A stretch of 64,000 nucleotides of DNA from Lingula anatina (taxonomy: Eukaryota; Animalia; Brachiopoda): positions 14,592,534 through 14,656,533 of the forward strand of contig CM120644.1 of the NCBI GenBank assembly GCA_051362555.1. The letters are read 5' to 3'. Of the stretch, positions 62,887 to 64,000 are shown in pieces. The stretch's first letter is position 1. Each line of letters opens with the position of its first letter. The notes beneath the pieces were generated by a model. It searched no databases, was not told the DNA's origin, and was given only the letters and a program-made list of their open reading frames with translations. The position numbers were made by a program, and so were the translations under genes.

Positions 62887-63956
62887 AAGAGATACCGATC
62901 AAGAATGTAACGTACCAGCAACATTTCGAAATAAATGAGTAACACTATGACACTGCTCTGAATCAAAGTTTCATCTAGGTTTGATGCCATTTCTCAGATT
63001 TGGGCGGATCCAGATATCTTTTCTGACAGTTTTTTCCGAATTATCTTTGTTGATCTATCCTCTATTTGTGACCGTCTTCCAACGAAACAAAATTAGATGC
63101 CCATCAATGTAAACTTATGAATTCTGACCGTTTTCCAGAAGACCCAGAACTGTCCGTTTCACTACGGAGATTAAGAGGTTCACTTCTTCCGGTTACTGAA
63201 ATGTTTTCATTTTTCAGTTTGCTTTAATCAAACACCTATGTATAAAAAGATTGCAATTTCCTTTTTAGGCTAACCTTAACATCGCCAAAGAGCAAGATAA
63301 GTCGAAAATTAAAGAGGAAAGAATTAGATTTGAGGAAGAGTGCCTGAGGAACTTTGAAAACAACCAAAAGGTACATGTATATCGTTTTAGCCCCCCCCCC
63401 CCAAAAAAAAATATTTGTGCAAAAAATCAGATGAAGTTGGTAAAAAGGAGAATATTAAAAACATTATAAATATATTCTTTACTTATATTTATGCTTTTAA
63501 GCAAGTATTAACGGTAAATTTGGGTTGGTTACCCTTCTGCCAGGGCGACAGAATGATTTTTCACAAGATATTCGCGGATATGTCTTTAAGATAAATAGAC
63601 CGTCATTTAATTCTCTGCCATTCTCCGACTTTTTCAAAATTCCCCTATAATACAGTGTATCTGCCACCCTGGTAGAGGTTAGGGTTTGTGGGGGGACAAG
63701 ATAGGTCATCAAAATCTTCCTTTATATGTGTTTTTTCAGAGGAAACATTCCTCACTACTAATTCACAAAAAATAATTTACATACCTTTAATGAGATAATG
63801 CTGTATTTTCAGAAATTCCCCATTCGGCGCGATGTGTTTGAACAAAGCAAGCCCCCCTCTAGATTCAGACGGTGGTGGAATTCTGTCGTAGATGCCGTGA
63901 GATCTTCATTTTATTTCGGTGGACGCAGACGCACCAGGGTTCACCCTTTAGAGTAA
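61076..63956 (+). CDS. Uncharacterised 256-aa charged coiled-coil protein, four exons
   Basis: Exons 61076-61432, 62352-62519, 63269-63370 and 63813-63956, all phase-0 GT-AG and open through to TAA. Glu/Lys-rich helical middle. C-terminus ...FRRWWNSV...RRRTRVHPLE. Confidence 0.75.
61670..62342. mobile_element. 673-bp non-autonomous TIR DNA transposon carrying a RecQ-like helicase fragment
   Basis: About 77-bp perfect TIR CACCCTGAGCTTCAGAGATAACTTGCC..., 8-bp TSD CATTTCAA (61662-61669, 62343-62350). The internal + frame 61989-62177 encodes ELKPAQFEAL...DVFCVLSTGYGKSLIF (RecQ motif 0 and Walker A). Confidence 0.85.
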
Positions 63957-64000
63957 ATGGATTGTGTACAGACAAATTAACTAAATAATGAATGAAAGCA

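Overview
AT-rich, intron-rich animal genomic DNA. It is probably a lophotrochozoan such as a mollusc, inferred only from gene and repeat style. Four protein-coding genes can be assembled by hand, and most are invisible to the ORF track. (1) The 5' 17 exons of a formin-like gene (FMNL/Frl type) on the minus strand (268-38482), running off the window start. (2) A two-exon UDP-glycosyltransferase (+, 39077-41039), head-to-head with it, with Arg at the usual catalytic His position. (3) The standout: a 42-exon minus-strand gene (43668-56563) made of a signal-peptide exon, 39 symmetric 24-48 nt micro-exons that all split a Gly codon, a Gly/Tyr-rich exon and a 4-Cys chitin-binding-like terminal domain. 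It encodes a secreted, elastin-like Gly/Val/Ala/Lys/Tyr protein of up to about 586 aa. (4) A four-exon, 256-aa orphan coiled-coil gene (+, 61076-63956). Introns are packed with mobile DNA: Helentron-type non-autonomous elements carrying 146-bp satellite arrays, PIF/Harbinger-type MITEs (one sits exactly at the breakpoint of a tandem duplication that adds five micro-exons), and a TIR element with a RecQ-helicase remnant. A minimal hammerhead ribozyme motif lies in intergenic DNA. All gene models were read manually from splice signals and reading frames, with no database or RNA support.
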